Source of the DNA: an uncultured Clostridia bacterium
GTDB taxonomy: Bacteria; Bacillota; Clostridia; TANB77; CAG-508
DNA length: 64,000 bases
Direction: 5' to 3'
Assembly (NCBI GenBank): GCA_934149005.1
Contig: CAKPDN010000003.1
Location: forward strand, 49,544 to 113,543
In this document: in pieces, positions 29,438-40,113 of the stretch
Numbering within the stretch: the first letter of the stretch is position 1
Layout of the letters: every line of letters starts with the position of its first letter
The notes under the pieces: model-generated
Told to the model about the DNA's origin: nothing
What the model saw: the letters and a program-made list of their open reading frames with translations, nothing else
The model's database searches: none
Program-made: the position numbers and the translations under genes

Positions 29438-30724
29438 ATGAATTGTAAAGTAGAAAAAACAAAAAATGCAAATGAAGTAAAATTAGAATTAATAATAGAA
29501 GCAGAAAAATTTGATGAAGCTATAAAAAAAGTATATTTTCAAAGTGCAAAATACTTTAATATACCAGGATTCAGAAAAGGTAAAGCTCCACAAAATATAG
29601 TAGAAAAATATTATGGAAAAGAAATTTTTTATGAGGATGCGTTTAATGAAGTAGTACCAGGAGAATTAGAGGAAGCATTAAAAGAAAATAACATTGAAGC
29701 AGTTAGTAGGCCAGATATAGATGTAAAGCAAATAGAAAAAGGAAAAGATTTAATATTTACAGCAGTATTCCAAACAAAACCAGAAGCAGAACTTGGAAAA
29801 TATAAAGGTATAGAAATACCAAAAATAGAGTATACTGTATCAGATGAAGATATAGAACATGAATTAGGACATATGCAAGAACACAATTCAAGATTAATAT
29901 CAATAGAAGATAGAGCTGTTGAAAGTGGAGACATTACAGTAATAGATTTTGAAGGATTTGTAGATGGTGTAGCTTTTGAAGGTGGAAAAGCTGAAGGACA
30001 TGAACTAGAAATAGGAAGTAATACATTTATACCAGGATTTGAAGACCAAATAATTGGTATGAAAATTGATGAAGAAAAAGATATAAAAGTAAAATTCCCT
30101 GATGAATATTTTTCAAAAGACTTGGCAGGAAAAGATGCAACATTTAAAGTAAAATTACATGAAATTAAGAAAAAAGAACTACCAGAATTAGATGATGAAT
30201 TTGCAAAAGATGTAAGTGAATTTGATTCATTAGAAGAATTAAAGAAAAGTATCAAAGATAATTTAGAAAAAGATAATGAACAAAAACAAAAATACGAAAC
30301 AGAAGATGCTGTTATAAAAGCAGTATGTGAAAATGTAAAAGTTGATATTCCATCAGGAATGATAGAAACAGAAACAGAAGATATGTTAAAAAATATTGAA
30401 AATAAATTAGCATATCAAGGATTAAAATTAGAACAATATCTTCAAATGATGGGAAAAACAGCTGAAGAAGTTAAAAAAGAATATGAACCTCAAGCAATTG
30501 AAGCTATAAAATCAAGATTAATGTTAGAAGCAGTAATAAAAGCAGAAAAAATAGAGGCAACAGAAGATGAAATAGTAGAAAAAGTTAAAGAAATGGCTAA
30601 AAATTATGGAAAAACAGATGATGAAGAATTCTTGAAAAATGAAAATGTAAGAAAATACATAAAAAGTGGATTAGAATCTGAAAAAGCACTAGAATTTTTA
30701 GTAAAAAATGCAAAAATAAAATAA
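29438..30724 (+). CDS. tig: Trigger factor
   Basis: GFRKGKAPQNIVEKYYG ribosome-binding signature, an FKBP domain and a C-terminal arm. Start chosen at the third in-frame ATG (the exact start is uncertain: 29399, 29426 or 29438). Confidence 0.85.
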   Translation: MNCKVEKTKNANEVKLELIIEAEKFDEAIKKVYFQSAKYFNIPGFRKGKAPQNIVEKYYGKEIFYEDAFNEVVPGELEEALKENNIEAVSRPDIDVKQIEKGKDLIFTAVFQTKPEAELGKYKGIEIPKIEYTVSDEDIEHELGHMQEHNSRLISIEDRAVESGDITVIDFEGFVDGVAFEGGKAEGHELEIGSNTFIPGFEDQIIGMKIDEEKDIKVKFPDEYFSKDLAGKDATFKVKLHEIKKKELPELDDEFAKDVSEFDSLEELKKSIKDNLEKDNEQKQKYETEDAVIKAVCENVKVDIPSGMIETETEDMLKNIENKLAYQGLKLEQYLQMMGKTAEEVKKEYEPQAIEAIKSRLMLEAVIKAEKIEATEDEIVEKVKEMAKNYGKTDDEEFLKNENVRKYIKSGLESEKALEFLVKNAKIK

Positions 30725-30726
30725 AA

Positions 30727-30760
30727 ATGTCCCAAAGGGGACAGTCCAATTGAGGACATT
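30727..30760. repeat. GTCCC-N-GGGAC hairpin element after tig
   Basis: aaatgtcccaaaggggacagtccaattgaggacattt (atgtcc...ggacat around gtccc/gggac). Confidence 0.6.
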
Positions 30761-30876
30761 TAGAAAAAGGTTGGGGAGGAAAAATAAAAAAAGATTCATT
30801 ACCAACCTTTTTTGTTTAAAATTATAGACCAAAAGTTAGATATGAAAGGTTAAAAATATAAAGGAGGAAAAAATAT

Positions 30877-31488
30877 ATGTTAGAAAAAGATAGTTTAGTA
30901 CCTTATGTAATTGAGCAAACAAGTAAAGGAGAAAGATCATACGATATTTTCTCAAGATTATTAAAAGACAGAATTATATTTTTAGGAGAAGATGTAAATG
31001 CAACTTCAGCAGGATTAGTAATTGCACAATTATTATTCTTAGAATCAGAAGACCCAGATAAAGAAATATTCTTATATATAAATTCACCAGGAGGTTCAAT
31101 AACAGATGGTATGGCAATTGTTGATACAATGAACTATATAAAATGTCCAGTATCTACAATATGTGTAGGGTTAGCAGCAAGCTTTGGAGCAGTTCTTCTA
31201 GCAAATGGAGAAAAAGGAAAAAGATTTGCAACACCAAATTCAGAAATATTAATTCATCAACCATTAATAGGTGGTCAAGGAGGAGGAATTTCAGGGCAAG
31301 CAACTGAAATTAAAATTCATGCAGACCACATGATAAGAACAAGAGAGAAATTAAATAAGTTATTAAGCGAGAAGACAGGGCAATCTATTGAAACAATAGA
31401 AAAAGATACTGAAAGAGACCACTATATGACAGCACAAGAAGCATTAGAATATGGATTGATTGATGGTATTATGGATAAAAGAATATAA
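30877..31488 (+). CDS. clpP: ATP-dependent Clp protease proteolytic subunit
   Basis: [27 protein letters not shown]; catalytic Ser/His/Asp context. Confidence 0.95.
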   Translation: MLEKDSLVPYVIEQTSKGERSYDIFSRLLKDRIIFLGEDVNATSAGLVIAQLLFLESEDPDKEIFLYINSPGGSITDGMAIVDTMNYIKCPVSTICVGLAASFGAVLLANGEKGKRFATPNSEILIHQPLIGGQGGGISGQATEIKIHADHMIRTREKLNKLLSEKTGQSIETIEKDTERDHYMTAQEALEYGLIDGIMDKRI

Positions 31489-31546
31489 ATTTAAATAATA
31501 ATTCTTGTTTAAATTATGAGAAGTAAAATAATGGAGGATAATATAA

Positions 31547-32869
31547 ATGACTAGAAATGATGTACCTAAAAGTGTAAAATGTTCATTTTGTGGAAAATCA
31601 CAGGAAAATGTAAAAAAAATAGTAGCAGGACCAGGAGTATATATTTGTGATGAATGTGTAGATTTATGCACAAGTATAATTGCAGCAGAAATTTATGAAA
31701 ATGATGAGGTAGGATATACATTAAATGATTTAGATCAAATTCCAAGCCCAAAAGAAATAAAAAAAGTCCTAGATGATTATGTAATAGGACAAGAAGAAGC
31801 AAAAAGAACATTATCAGTAGCAGTATATAATCATTATAAAAGAATAGCACATGAAGAAAGCAATAAAAAAGATGATGTAGAAATACAAAAAAGTAACATA
31901 TTACTTTTAGGACCAACAGGATGTGGAAAAACACTTCTTGCAAGAACACTTGCAAAAATTTTAAATGTACCATTTGCAATAGCAGATGCAACAACACTTA
32001 CAGAGGCAGGATATGTTGGAGAAGATGTTGAAAATATTTTATTAAAACTTATACAAGCAGCAGATGGAGATATTCAAAAAGCAGAAAAAGGGATTGTTTA
32101 TATAGATGAAATAGATAAAATAACAAGAAAATCTGAAAATTTATCAATTACGAGAGATGTTAGTGGTGAAGGAGTGCAACAAGCATTATTAAAAATAATT
32201 GAAGGCACAATAGCATCAGTTCCACCACAAGGAGGAAGAAAACATCCAAATCAAGAAATGATACAAATAAATACAGAAAATATCTTGTTTATATGTGGAG
32301 GAGCATTTGAAGGGTTGGAAAATATTATAAAAGATAGAACTGGTAAGAAAAGTATAGGATTTGGAACAAAAATAGAAAGTCAAAAAGAAATAAACAAATA
32401 TGAAATTTTTCAAGAAATGTTACCACAAGATTTATTAAAATATGGATTAATACCAGAATTTATAGGAAGATTACCAATAATTGCAACACTTAAAGATTTA
32501 GATAAAGAAGCATTAATAAAAATAGCAACAGAACCTAAAAATGCTTTAGTTAAACAATATAAAAAATTATTAGAAATGGATGATGTAGAACTTGAATTTA
32601 GTCAAGAAGCATTAGAAGCAATAGTAGATAAAGCAATAGAAAGAAAAACGGGAGCCAGAGGACTTCGTTCAATTATTGAAGAGATAATGAGAGATATTAT
32701 GTTTGAAATACCTTCAACACCTAATATTTCAAAATGTATAATAACTAAAGAAACAGTTTTGAATAAAAAGGAACCAGAAATAATAATTGATGAAGAAAAA
32801 GAAGTTGCACAAGAAAGAAATAAAAAAAATAGACATATTCCATCTAAAAAAGATAAAGAAACAGCATAA
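31547..32869 (+). CDS. clpX: ATP-dependent Clp protease ATP-binding subunit ClpX
   Basis: N-terminal zinc finger CSFCGKS...CDECV and Walker [10 protein letters not shown] terminator hairpin follows the gene. Confidence 0.95.
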   Translation: MTRNDVPKSVKCSFCGKSQENVKKIVAGPGVYICDECVDLCTSIIAAEIYENDEVGYTLNDLDQIPSPKEIKKVLDDYVIGQEEAKRTLSVAVYNHYKRIAHEESNKKDDVEIQKSNILLLGPTGCGKTLLARTLAKILNVPFAIADATTLTEAGYVGEDVENILLKLIQAADGDIQKAEKGIVYIDEIDKITRKSENLSITRDVSGEGVQQALLKIIEGTIASVPPQGGRKHPNQEMIQINTENILFICGGAFEGLENIIKDRTGKKSIGFGTKIESQKEINKYEIFQEMLPQDLLKYGLIPEFIGRLPIIATLKDLDKEALIKIATEPKNALVKQYKKLLEMDDVELEFSQEALEAIVDKAIERKTGARGLRSIIEEIMRDIMFEIPSTPNISKCIITKETVLNKKEPEIIIDEEKEVAQERNKKNRHIPSKKDKETA

Positions 32870-32916
32870 TAGAAAATCTCTAGTAGGCCATATTTATAGC
32901 TTACTAGAGATTTTTA

Positions 32917-33075
32917 TCACTCAAAAATACGATTTCCAATAACTCTTAAATTTTGATAATCGCCCCGAGTTTCATCGGAACAGGAATTGTCAACTTCCTG
33001 TAGAAAAATCTCTAAGGCATACATTGCATCAGGTACTGATTCGTAGGTTGTTGATAAAAGTTCTTCTTTTGACAT
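32917..33075 (-). CDS. Hypothetical small protein (52 aa)
   Basis: ATG at 33075 is preceded by the strong RBS gaaaggagaaggg. The ORF track's start at 33120 lacks an RBS. Confidence 0.35.
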   Translation of the reverse strand: MSKEELLSTTYESVPDAMYALEIFLQEVDNSCSDETRGDYQNLRVIGNRIFE

Positions 33076-33199
33076 ATTCCCTTCTCCTTTCTGTAGTTGA
33101 TACTTTAGATGATAACTCATATAAAATGAAAAGTCTGTCGAAAAAGATGGTAACTATAGAAAAATTTCTATAATATAAAACTGTAACATAAAGGGAGAA

Positions 33200-34127
33200 T
33201 TAAAAGGAAGCTCCTAGCACTAAAATTCCTAAATTATCTTTATAAATTTCATCAAATTGAGAAATAGGAAGAGGATTTACACCAATTCCAGCTTCTATTG
33301 TATATCCAGGTCTCCTATATTCTTGCAAAAACCAGTCTTTATAACCTGCAAAACTTGAGTTATAGGGCGTATTTGCTAATTTGTAACCACTCACGTTGGA
33401 AAATGCTTCTCCAATACCTTTTGATTGTGATGGTTCATAGTTTTGAAATTGCCAATAAATTTCTTTACCTTGCGTGTGATATGATAATATTAATCCAAAA
33501 TTATTTTTTGGGGTAAAATTATATATAGCTAAATCCTCTGGTTCACTAAGAGGACTATATCCTACAAAATCACGAGGAGCAGGAGATGTAAAACCTTGTG
33601 AATATTTTATATTTTTAGCAGTTTCCCACCCAGCAGGAAATTGCAGATTCAAATCTACGCCATTAATATTAGCTTTCCAACCGATTAGGAAAAGGAATAT
33701 CTGGAAATTGCTTAGATATGTTCAAAACATTTAAATATGTAGCAGAAGATTTGTTTAAATTCCCTGTAACTAAATCAACTCCATCAGGATTAATCATAGG
33801 CATAATATAAATAGAAACAGAATTAAATAAATTTCTAACAGAATATCCACATAGTGCAGAATTATTGTTATATGAAATACAATAATCTTCAATAAATTTC
33901 ATAAGCAAAACACTTGTAATCCACTCATTTGCATGTATTGAAGCAGAATAAAAAACTTTTTTTCCACCCATACCAAGTTTAATAACATAAATATTTTTCC
34001 CTAAAACACTATTTCCAACAGTTTGGATATTCAAAAAAGGATATGTATGATTTAAAGTAACAAGATTTTGAGACATTAAAGAATAGTTATAACTAATATT
34101 TGTAGGAACAATACCCATAAAAATCAC
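33200..34127 (-). pseudogene. M14-family zinc carboxypeptidase (gamma-D-glutamyl-L-diamino acid endopeptidase-like), split by a frameshift in a T-run
   Basis: N-terminal part 33669-34127 carries the HxxE zinc site (SASIHANEW). C-terminal part 33200-33652 carries the second His (SYHTQGKEIYW). The frame changes at about 33685-33700 (ttcctttttcc), so either the gene is disrupted or there is a homopolymer error. Confidence 0.55.
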
Positions 34128-34200
34128 CTAAAATATAGTATGAAAATATAAGTAAATTGTTGATAAAAAAAATAAAATATAGTATAATTTAAAAGAATAT

Positions 34201-34559
34201 GGGGATGTAATGGTTTCGACATATTACTAGAAAAATAGATAGCAAGTAGTGGATTCTCGTTGGCCACTTAAAAAAACGGGAAATTAAGAATAAACGCTAA
34301 CAATAATAGAGAATTAGCATACGCTGCCTAATTGCAGTGTCATCTTATTTAAGTAGCCTACTGATTTAAATAGGGTGTCAAATTAAAGTAGGAAACAAAA
34401 CTATTTTTGTTTTAGAAATAGTGGGTATTTTATAAAACTATACTTTTAATTAGCCTGTTTATCGGCGAGTTAAAAATGAATAAAAAAGATAAAATAAACT
34501 TGTAGAAGTCTATTTGGAAAGTATTATGGACAGGAGTTCGACTCTCCTCATCTCCACCA
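34201..34559 (+). ncRNA. ssrA: tmRNA (transfer-messenger RNA)
   Basis: 5-prime GGGGATGTAATGGTTTCGACA, 3-prime GGACAGGAGTTCGACTCTCCTCATCTCCACCA. The internal tag ORF gct aac aat aat aga gaa tta gca tac gct gcc taa gives (A)NNNRELAYAA. Confidence 0.9.
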
Positions 34560-34591
34560 AAATTTCCTAGTATATGTAAGGAGATAATGTA

Positions 34592-35740
34592 ATGTCTGTA
34601 GAAAAAATTAAAGCACTTGGAAAAAATAAATCTATAGAAAATTTTAACATTTTGGTTAAAATGTATAATAGCAATATAACTGTTGAGGAAAAAAGAGAGG
34701 TTGTATCATCTATTGGTAGGCAAAAAGAATTAGACTTGATTTATGACTTTTTAAAAGAGAATGCTTTTAAAAAGAATTATATGGATATAATTTATCAGAT
34801 GTTTAGAACAACACTTGTATATTATTATGATGAACGATTTAAAAATTTATGTGAAAAAATGAAGAAATATTATAATAATGAAGTAATGAACAAAATGTAT
34901 GAATTTAAAATGGCACCAAAATTTAATAAAGAAAGACTACATAAAAGTTCTATTACTAAACCTACAATTTTGGAAGGTGATAGTTCTGAAACCTTGAAAA
35001 ATATAAAAGATGGGGATATTCAATTAATATTTACATCACCACCTTATTATAATGCAAGGGAATATTCAGATTATATTAATTATAGAAAATATTTAGATGA
35101 TTTAAAAAAAGTGTTTATAGAATGTAATAGAATTTTACAGGATGGTAGATTTATTATAGTAGATGTATCTCCTGTAATTACCAAAAGGCCGGGAAGAGAA
35201 TATGAATCTATAAGATATCCTATTCATTTTGATTTGCATAATGTATTAATTAATTCTGGATTTTATTTTGTTGATGAAATTATATGGGAAAAGCCCGAAC
35301 CATCTGTTCCGAACAGGATTGGTGGATATATCCAAACTAGAAATCCATTAGCATATAAGCCAAATTGCGTTACAGAAAGCATTATGGTATATAGGAAAAA
35401 ATCAGACTTTTTATTAGATAAAAATATAAATTTTTATACTTCAAATCCTGATTATGTTCCTAATGATGAAAAAGTAGATAGATCTAATATATGGAAAATT
35501 GCTCCTGCCAATAACAAGAATCATCCTGCTGTGTTTCCAGAGAAACTATGTAAAAAAATTTTGAAATATTACTCTTTTAAAGGTGATACTGTTTTAGATC
35601 CATTTGCAGGAAGTGGAACATTTGGAAAAGCTGCTTATAAAATGGGAAGAATACCTGTTATGTGTGAAATGAATGAGGATTATATAAAAGTAATTAAGGA
35701 GGAAAATATATATGATGACATTTCAACATCAAGTAATTGA
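34592..35740 (+). CDS. DNA methyltransferase, beta-class amino-MTase (N4-C or N6-A) with an N-terminal extension of about 120 aa
   Basis: Motif IV TSPPYY precedes motif I LDPFAGSGTFG (beta order). It starts 33 nt after ssrA. Confidence 0.7.
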   Translation: MSVEKIKALGKNKSIENFNILVKMYNSNITVEEKREVVSSIGRQKELDLIYDFLKENAFKKNYMDIIYQMFRTTLVYYYDERFKNLCEKMKKYYNNEVMNKMYEFKMAPKFNKERLHKSSITKPTILEGDSSETLKNIKDGDIQLIFTSPPYYNAREYSDYINYRKYLDDLKKVFIECNRILQDGRFIIVDVSPVITKRPGREYESIRYPIHFDLHNVLINSGFYFVDEIIWEKPEPSVPNRIGGYIQTRNPLAYKPNCVTESIMVYRKKSDFLLDKNINFYTSNPDYVPNDEKVDRSNIWKIAPANNKNHPAVFPEKLCKKILKYYSFKGDTVLDPFAGSGTFGKAAYKMGRIPVMCEMNEDYIKVIKEENIYDDISTSSN

Positions 35741-36584
35741 GAATACAATTGAAAAGTTATTAAAAGGCAAAGATTATAGAGAAGAAGTAGTTAATGCAAT
35801 AAATGCTGAGTTTTTTGATTTTACCATTACATTTTTTAAAAAAATAGTTTCAGCTAAATTGGACTCACAAGAGATTAGCTTGGATTGGTATTCAAAAAAC
35901 TTTATAAATAATGCTAAAATTAATCCAGCTGAAAGTGCAATTTTTGCTGGTATGAATAAAAAGACTATTACTAATATATATGGTACTGCATCAAAAGATG
36001 TAGTTTTGGATGTTGCTAATGCTAATTTTAATTATTTAGCTTCCTTGATTGATGAGTTGAAACAAGATGCTACTGATGAAATAGGAATATCTATAAAGCT
36101 AACATATCTTGATGTATATGTAGAATTGGATTTAGCTGAAAGTCTAATTGTAATTAATGCACTAGCAACAAAAAAAGCTGCTATTCGTGGAGGTGCTTGG
36201 AGTTCTATAGGAAAAAAAGTAGAAAAACCATTAGTTACAAAATTATGTTTATTATGTGGAGTTCCAATAAATCATATTGATTCAAGTATTTTTATTAGAA
36301 ACATGGAATTGGATTATGATAGAGAAGTTGACTATAAAATATATGATAGAGATATGAATGAAATAAGAGTTGAAGTTAAATTAATGGGAAAAGGAAATCC
36401 GGAAAGTGCAGATGTTATTTATGCAAGAGATACAAAGATGTTTATAGCTGATACTTTAAGTTTACAAAATAAACATCAATTTGATTGTAATAACATTCCA
36501 TATATAGAAATGAAAAATAATAATGATGTTATAGGAGATTTTAAAAAAGCTCTTGATAGACTAAATGTTCCATATACTAAATAA
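35712..36584 (+). CDS. Putative Type II restriction endonuclease partner of the upstream methyltransferase
   Basis: Overlaps the MTase gene by 29 nt. I recognise no conserved family; the call is by context only. Confidence 0.35.
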   Translation: MMTFQHQVIENTIEKLLKGKDYREEVVNAINAEFFDFTITFFKKIVSAKLDSQEISLDWYSKNFINNAKINPAESAIFAGMNKKTITNIYGTASKDVVLDVANANFNYLASLIDELKQDATDEIGISIKLTYLDVYVELDLAESLIVINALATKKAAIRGGAWSSIGKKVEKPLVTKLCLLCGVPINHIDSSIFIRNMELDYDREVDYKIYDRDMNEIRVEVKLMGKGNPESADVIYARDTKMFIADTLSLQNKHQFDCNNIPYIEMKNNNDVIGDFKKALDRLNVPYTK

Positions 36585-36671
36585 AGCTACTGCAAAACGA
36601 CTTGTAAATTTAGATTTATTAGTGTAAAATATCATTAAATTGTAAATAATAATAGGAGGAAAAAATAAAAA

Positions 36672-37736
36672 ATGAGATTTGTAACAGATGAAGACTCGAA
36701 GAAAGAATATAAAAAATTTTTAGAAGGACACGAAAGATGTAATTTTCAACAATCATTAGAATGGGCAGAAATAAAAAAGCCAAATTGGATACCAGAAGTA
36801 ATATTAGCAGAAGATGAAGAAAAAAATATAATAGGATCACTATGTATATGGATAAGAAAAATGCCTATATTTGGAAATATAATGTATGCACCAAGAGGAC
36901 CTGTATGTGATATACACGATATATCAGTTATGAAGCAATTAACAGATGGAGCAAAAGAACTAGCAAAAAAATATAATGCAATAGGATTAAGAATAGAACC
37001 AGATATAGAAACTAGTAACCAAGCATTTAGGGATATAGTAACAAATTTAGGATATAAAATAAAAGATGATGCAAAAGACTTTAAAGATGAAATTCAACCA
37101 AGATTTGTATTCAGACTAGATATTAAAGACAAAACAGAAGAAGAAGTAATGGCCGGGTTTCATCAAAAATGGAGATACAACATACGTTTAGCAGGAAGAA
37201 AAGGAGTAGAAGTAAGAGAGGGAACAAAAGAAGATTTAAAAGATTTTCACAAAATAATGATAGAAACAGGAAATAGAGATGGATTTATAACAAGACCATT
37301 AGAATATTTTGAAAAAATGTATGAAAATATGGTACCAGAAGGACATATGAAATTACTTATGGCATATTATGAAGGAAAGCCAATATCAGGAGTAATACCA
37401 ATATTCTATGGAAACAAGACATGGTATTTATATGGAGCAAGCAGTAATCAACATAGAAATTTAATGCCAAACTATTTATTACAATGGGAAATGATAAAAA
37501 TGGCGATAGCAAGACATGATGATATATATGATTTTAGAGGAGTATCAGGTGTAGTTGATGAAAATCATCCACAATATGGTTTATATAGATTTAAAAAAGG
37601 ATTTGGAGCAAAATTCACAGAATTTATAGGAGAAATTTATATACCATTTAAACCTTTAAAATATAAAATGTACAAATTTTCAGAGAAAGCATTCAGAACA
37701 TTAAGGCAAATAAAAAGAAAGATTAATAAAAAATAA
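36672..37736 (+). CDS. FemAB-family peptidoglycan interpeptide-bridge aminoacyltransferase
   Basis: Size and FemAB-like sequence features (WRYNIRLAGRKGVEV, YLLQWEMIKMA). Confidence 0.65.
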   Translation: MRFVTDEDSKKEYKKFLEGHERCNFQQSLEWAEIKKPNWIPEVILAEDEEKNIIGSLCIWIRKMPIFGNIMYAPRGPVCDIHDISVMKQLTDGAKELAKKYNAIGLRIEPDIETSNQAFRDIVTNLGYKIKDDAKDFKDEIQPRFVFRLDIKDKTEEEVMAGFHQKWRYNIRLAGRKGVEVREGTKEDLKDFHKIMIETGNRDGFITRPLEYFEKMYENMVPEGHMKLLMAYYEGKPISGVIPIFYGNKTWYLYGASSNQHRNLMPNYLLQWEMIKMAIARHDDIYDFRGVSGVVDENHPQYGLYRFKKGFGAKFTEFIGEIYIPFKPLKYKMYKFSEKAFRTLRQIKRKINKK

Positions 37737-37740
37737 AATC

Positions 37741-37792
37741 TGTCCCTAATGGGACAAAAATGTCCCAAAAGAACCGTCCCCATGGGACAAGG
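37741..37792. repeat. Cluster of GTCCC/GGGAC hairpin modules between femX-like and alr
   Basis: ctgtccctaatgggacaaaaatgtcccaaaagaaccgtccccatgggacaagg. Confidence 0.6.
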
Positions 37793-37803
37793 AGTGAAAA
37801 AAT

Positions 37804-38922
37804 TTGAAATCAGTAATAATAAATAAAGAAGATTTAAGATATAATATTGAAAAAATAAAGGAATATGCAAATACAAATTTACCAAATGATAATGGAGATA
37901 AAGTAAAAATAATAGCAGTAGTAAAATCAAACGGATATGGATTAGGAATAGTAGAATATACAGAATTTTTAGTTGACAATGGAATAGATTTTTTTGCAGT
38001 ATCAACAGTTGAAGAAGCTCTAAAAATAAGGAATACAGGTATTAAAGAAAAATTATTGATGCTATCATCAACAAGTGTAGAGGAAGATGTAAGAAGTTTA
38101 ATTAAAAATAATGTAATATTAACTATTGGCTCAAAAGAATCTGCTGAAATAGCTGACAAAATTGGACAAGAATTAAATAAAAAGGTAAAAGCACATATAA
38201 AAATTGATACAGGATTTGGAAGATATGGATTTGAATATTGTAACAGGGATAAAATGATACAAACATTAAAAAATTTAAAAAATGTAAAGATAGAAGGGAC
38301 ATTTACACATTTTTCAAATGCATATTATGATGATAAATATACAAAATTACAATTTGACAGATTTATAGATTGTGTTGAAGTTTTAAAAATGAATGACATA
38401 GAAACAGGAATACTACATGTATGTAACACATCAGCTTTTATAAAATTTCCAAATATGCATTTAAATGCAGTAAGAATAGGTTCAGCATTTAATGGAAGAA
38501 TATCTTTTAAAAATTCAATGGGACTAAGAAAAGTAGGGTATCTAAAATCGAATGTAGCAGAAATAAGGGAACTTCCAAAAGGATTTAATGTAGGATATTC
38601 AAATACATATAAAACAAAAAAAGAAACAAAAGTTGCAATAATTCCATGTGGATATTCTGATGGCGTAAATGTACAAAATGGAAGAGATATGTTTAGAATG
38701 ATTGATAAAATTAGATATACAGTAGAAGATATAAGAAACATATTTAAAAAACAAAAAATATATGTAACAATCAATAAACAAAAATGTCCAATATTAGGAA
38801 GAATAGGAACATACCATGTTACTGTAGATATAACTGGAAAAAATGTTAAAATAAATGATGAAGTTGTGTTTAATACTAATATTAAACACATTGACAGTAG
38901 TATTAAAAGAATATGGAATTAA
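37804..38922 (+). CDS. alr: Alanine racemase
   Basis: PLP-lysine motif AVVKSNGYGLG. TTG start with RBS aaggagtg. Confidence 0.85.
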   Translation: MKSVIINKEDLRYNIEKIKEYANTNLPNDNGDKVKIIAVVKSNGYGLGIVEYTEFLVDNGIDFFAVSTVEEALKIRNTGIKEKLLMLSSTSVEEDVRSLIKNNVILTIGSKESAEIADKIGQELNKKVKAHIKIDTGFGRYGFEYCNRDKMIQTLKNLKNVKIEGTFTHFSNAYYDDKYTKLQFDRFIDCVEVLKMNDIETGILHVCNTSAFIKFPNMHLNAVRIGSAFNGRISFKNSMGLRKVGYLKSNVAEIRELPKGFNVGYSNTYKTKKETKVAIIPCGYSDGVNVQNGRDMFRMIDKIRYTVEDIRNIFKKQKIYVTINKQKCPILGRIGTYHVTVDITGKNVKINDEVVFNTNIKHIDSSIKRIWN

Positions 38923-38997
38923 CAGTTAAACATACAAAATTTGAAAATTTTGTATGACAGTGAGAGAATGAAGTGAACGAAAAGGAGAGAAAATAAA

Positions 38998-40074
38998 TTG
39001 AGAAAGAATCTACAAAAAGAAGAAAAAGAACAAAAAAGTGAAATGAAAAAGGGATTTTTTAAAAAAATATGGTATTCAATAGATAAAATAGAAAAATATT
39101 CAGAATTATCAGCAGAAGGATTTGGAAGAGCTATACAGTATTTAAGCATTTTAATTATAATATTAGCAGTAGTATCATCAGCTGTTACAACATATAGAAC
39201 AAGTAAAGAAATAAAAAATATTAGTGAATATATAAACGAAAATGCACCAGAATTCACATATAAAGATAATATATTAACTATGGACTCCCAAGAACCAATA
39301 GTTGATGAAAACTCAGAGTTTGGAAAGATAATAATTGATACAAATACGGAAGAAGAACAACAAATAAATCAATATATAAATGATGCAGAAGAAGATAATA
39401 CAGTAATTGTATTAAAAGATAAATTAATATTAAAGCAAACTGGAGTAGTAGGAACAACTAATTACACTTATAAAGATTTATTTCAACAAGTAGGTATAAC
39501 AGAATTTAATAAAGAGACATTAGTAAAGTATTTAACAAGTTCAAATATGATGTCATTATATTTAAATTTATTTATGACATTATTTATATATGCATTTGTA
39601 ATACAATTTATTAATACAATATTTTATGTAATAGTAATAAGCATTGTTGGGTATATAGCAACAATAGTTTTAAGATTAAAAATAAGGTATGTAGCAGTAT
39701 TTAATATGGCAGTATATGCTGTAACTTTACCAACATTACTAGATGTTTTATATATTGGAATAAATGCATTTTATAATTATGTAATAGGATATTTTGAAGT
39801 AATGTATGTAATGGTAGCTTCAATTTATATGATAGCAGCAATATTTATACTAAAATCAGAATTTAATAAAAAACAAGGAGAAATACAGCAAGTTATTGAA
39901 GTAGAGAAAAAAGTAAAAGAAAATTTAAAAGAACAACAAGAGAAAGAAAATAAAGAAGAAAATAAAACTACAAATAAAAAAGATAAAAATGAGAAAGAAA
40001 AGAAAGGAGAACAGCCTAAAGAACAACAAGAAAATGAAAAAGAAGGAGAAGAACCTGAAGGTTCAAATGCATAA
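38998..40074 (+). CDS. DUF1189-like membrane protein with a Lys/Glu-rich C-terminus
   Basis: Several TM helices in the middle and a charged low-complexity tail. The start is ambiguous (TTG at 38998 or ATG at 39043). Confidence 0.4.
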   Translation: MRKNLQKEEKEQKSEMKKGFFKKIWYSIDKIEKYSELSAEGFGRAIQYLSILIIILAVVSSAVTTYRTSKEIKNISEYINENAPEFTYKDNILTMDSQEPIVDENSEFGKIIIDTNTEEEQQINQYINDAEEDNTVIVLKDKLILKQTGVVGTTNYTYKDLFQQVGITEFNKETLVKYLTSSNMMSLYLNLFMTLFIYAFVIQFINTIFYVIVISIVGYIATIVLRLKIRYVAVFNMAVYAVTLPTLLDVLYIGINAFYNYVIGYFEVMYVMVASIYMIAAIFILKSEFNKKQGEIQQVIEVEKKVKENLKEQQEKENKEENKTTNKKDKNEKEKKGEQPKEQQENEKEGEEPEGSNA

Positions 40075-40113
40075 TAAAAATATATAAAAATTGGAAAGGG
40101 AATTATAAGAATA

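Noticed and set aside
29629-30255. 208-aa minus-strand ORF
   Set aside because: Antisense to trigger factor; Ser-rich junk translation.
30780-30876. Looked for a CtsR operator (GGTCAAA direct repeat) upstream of clpP
   Set aside because: Only a weak gaccaaaag...gaaaggttaaa resemblance; not convincing without a proper motif scan.
31566-31997. 143-aa minus-strand ORF
   Set aside because: Antisense to clpX.
34592-36584. Whether ssrA is flanked by an intact integrated prophage or island
   Set aside because: No integrase, no phage structural genes and no repeat of the tmRNA 3-prime end downstream. Only an RM module remains.
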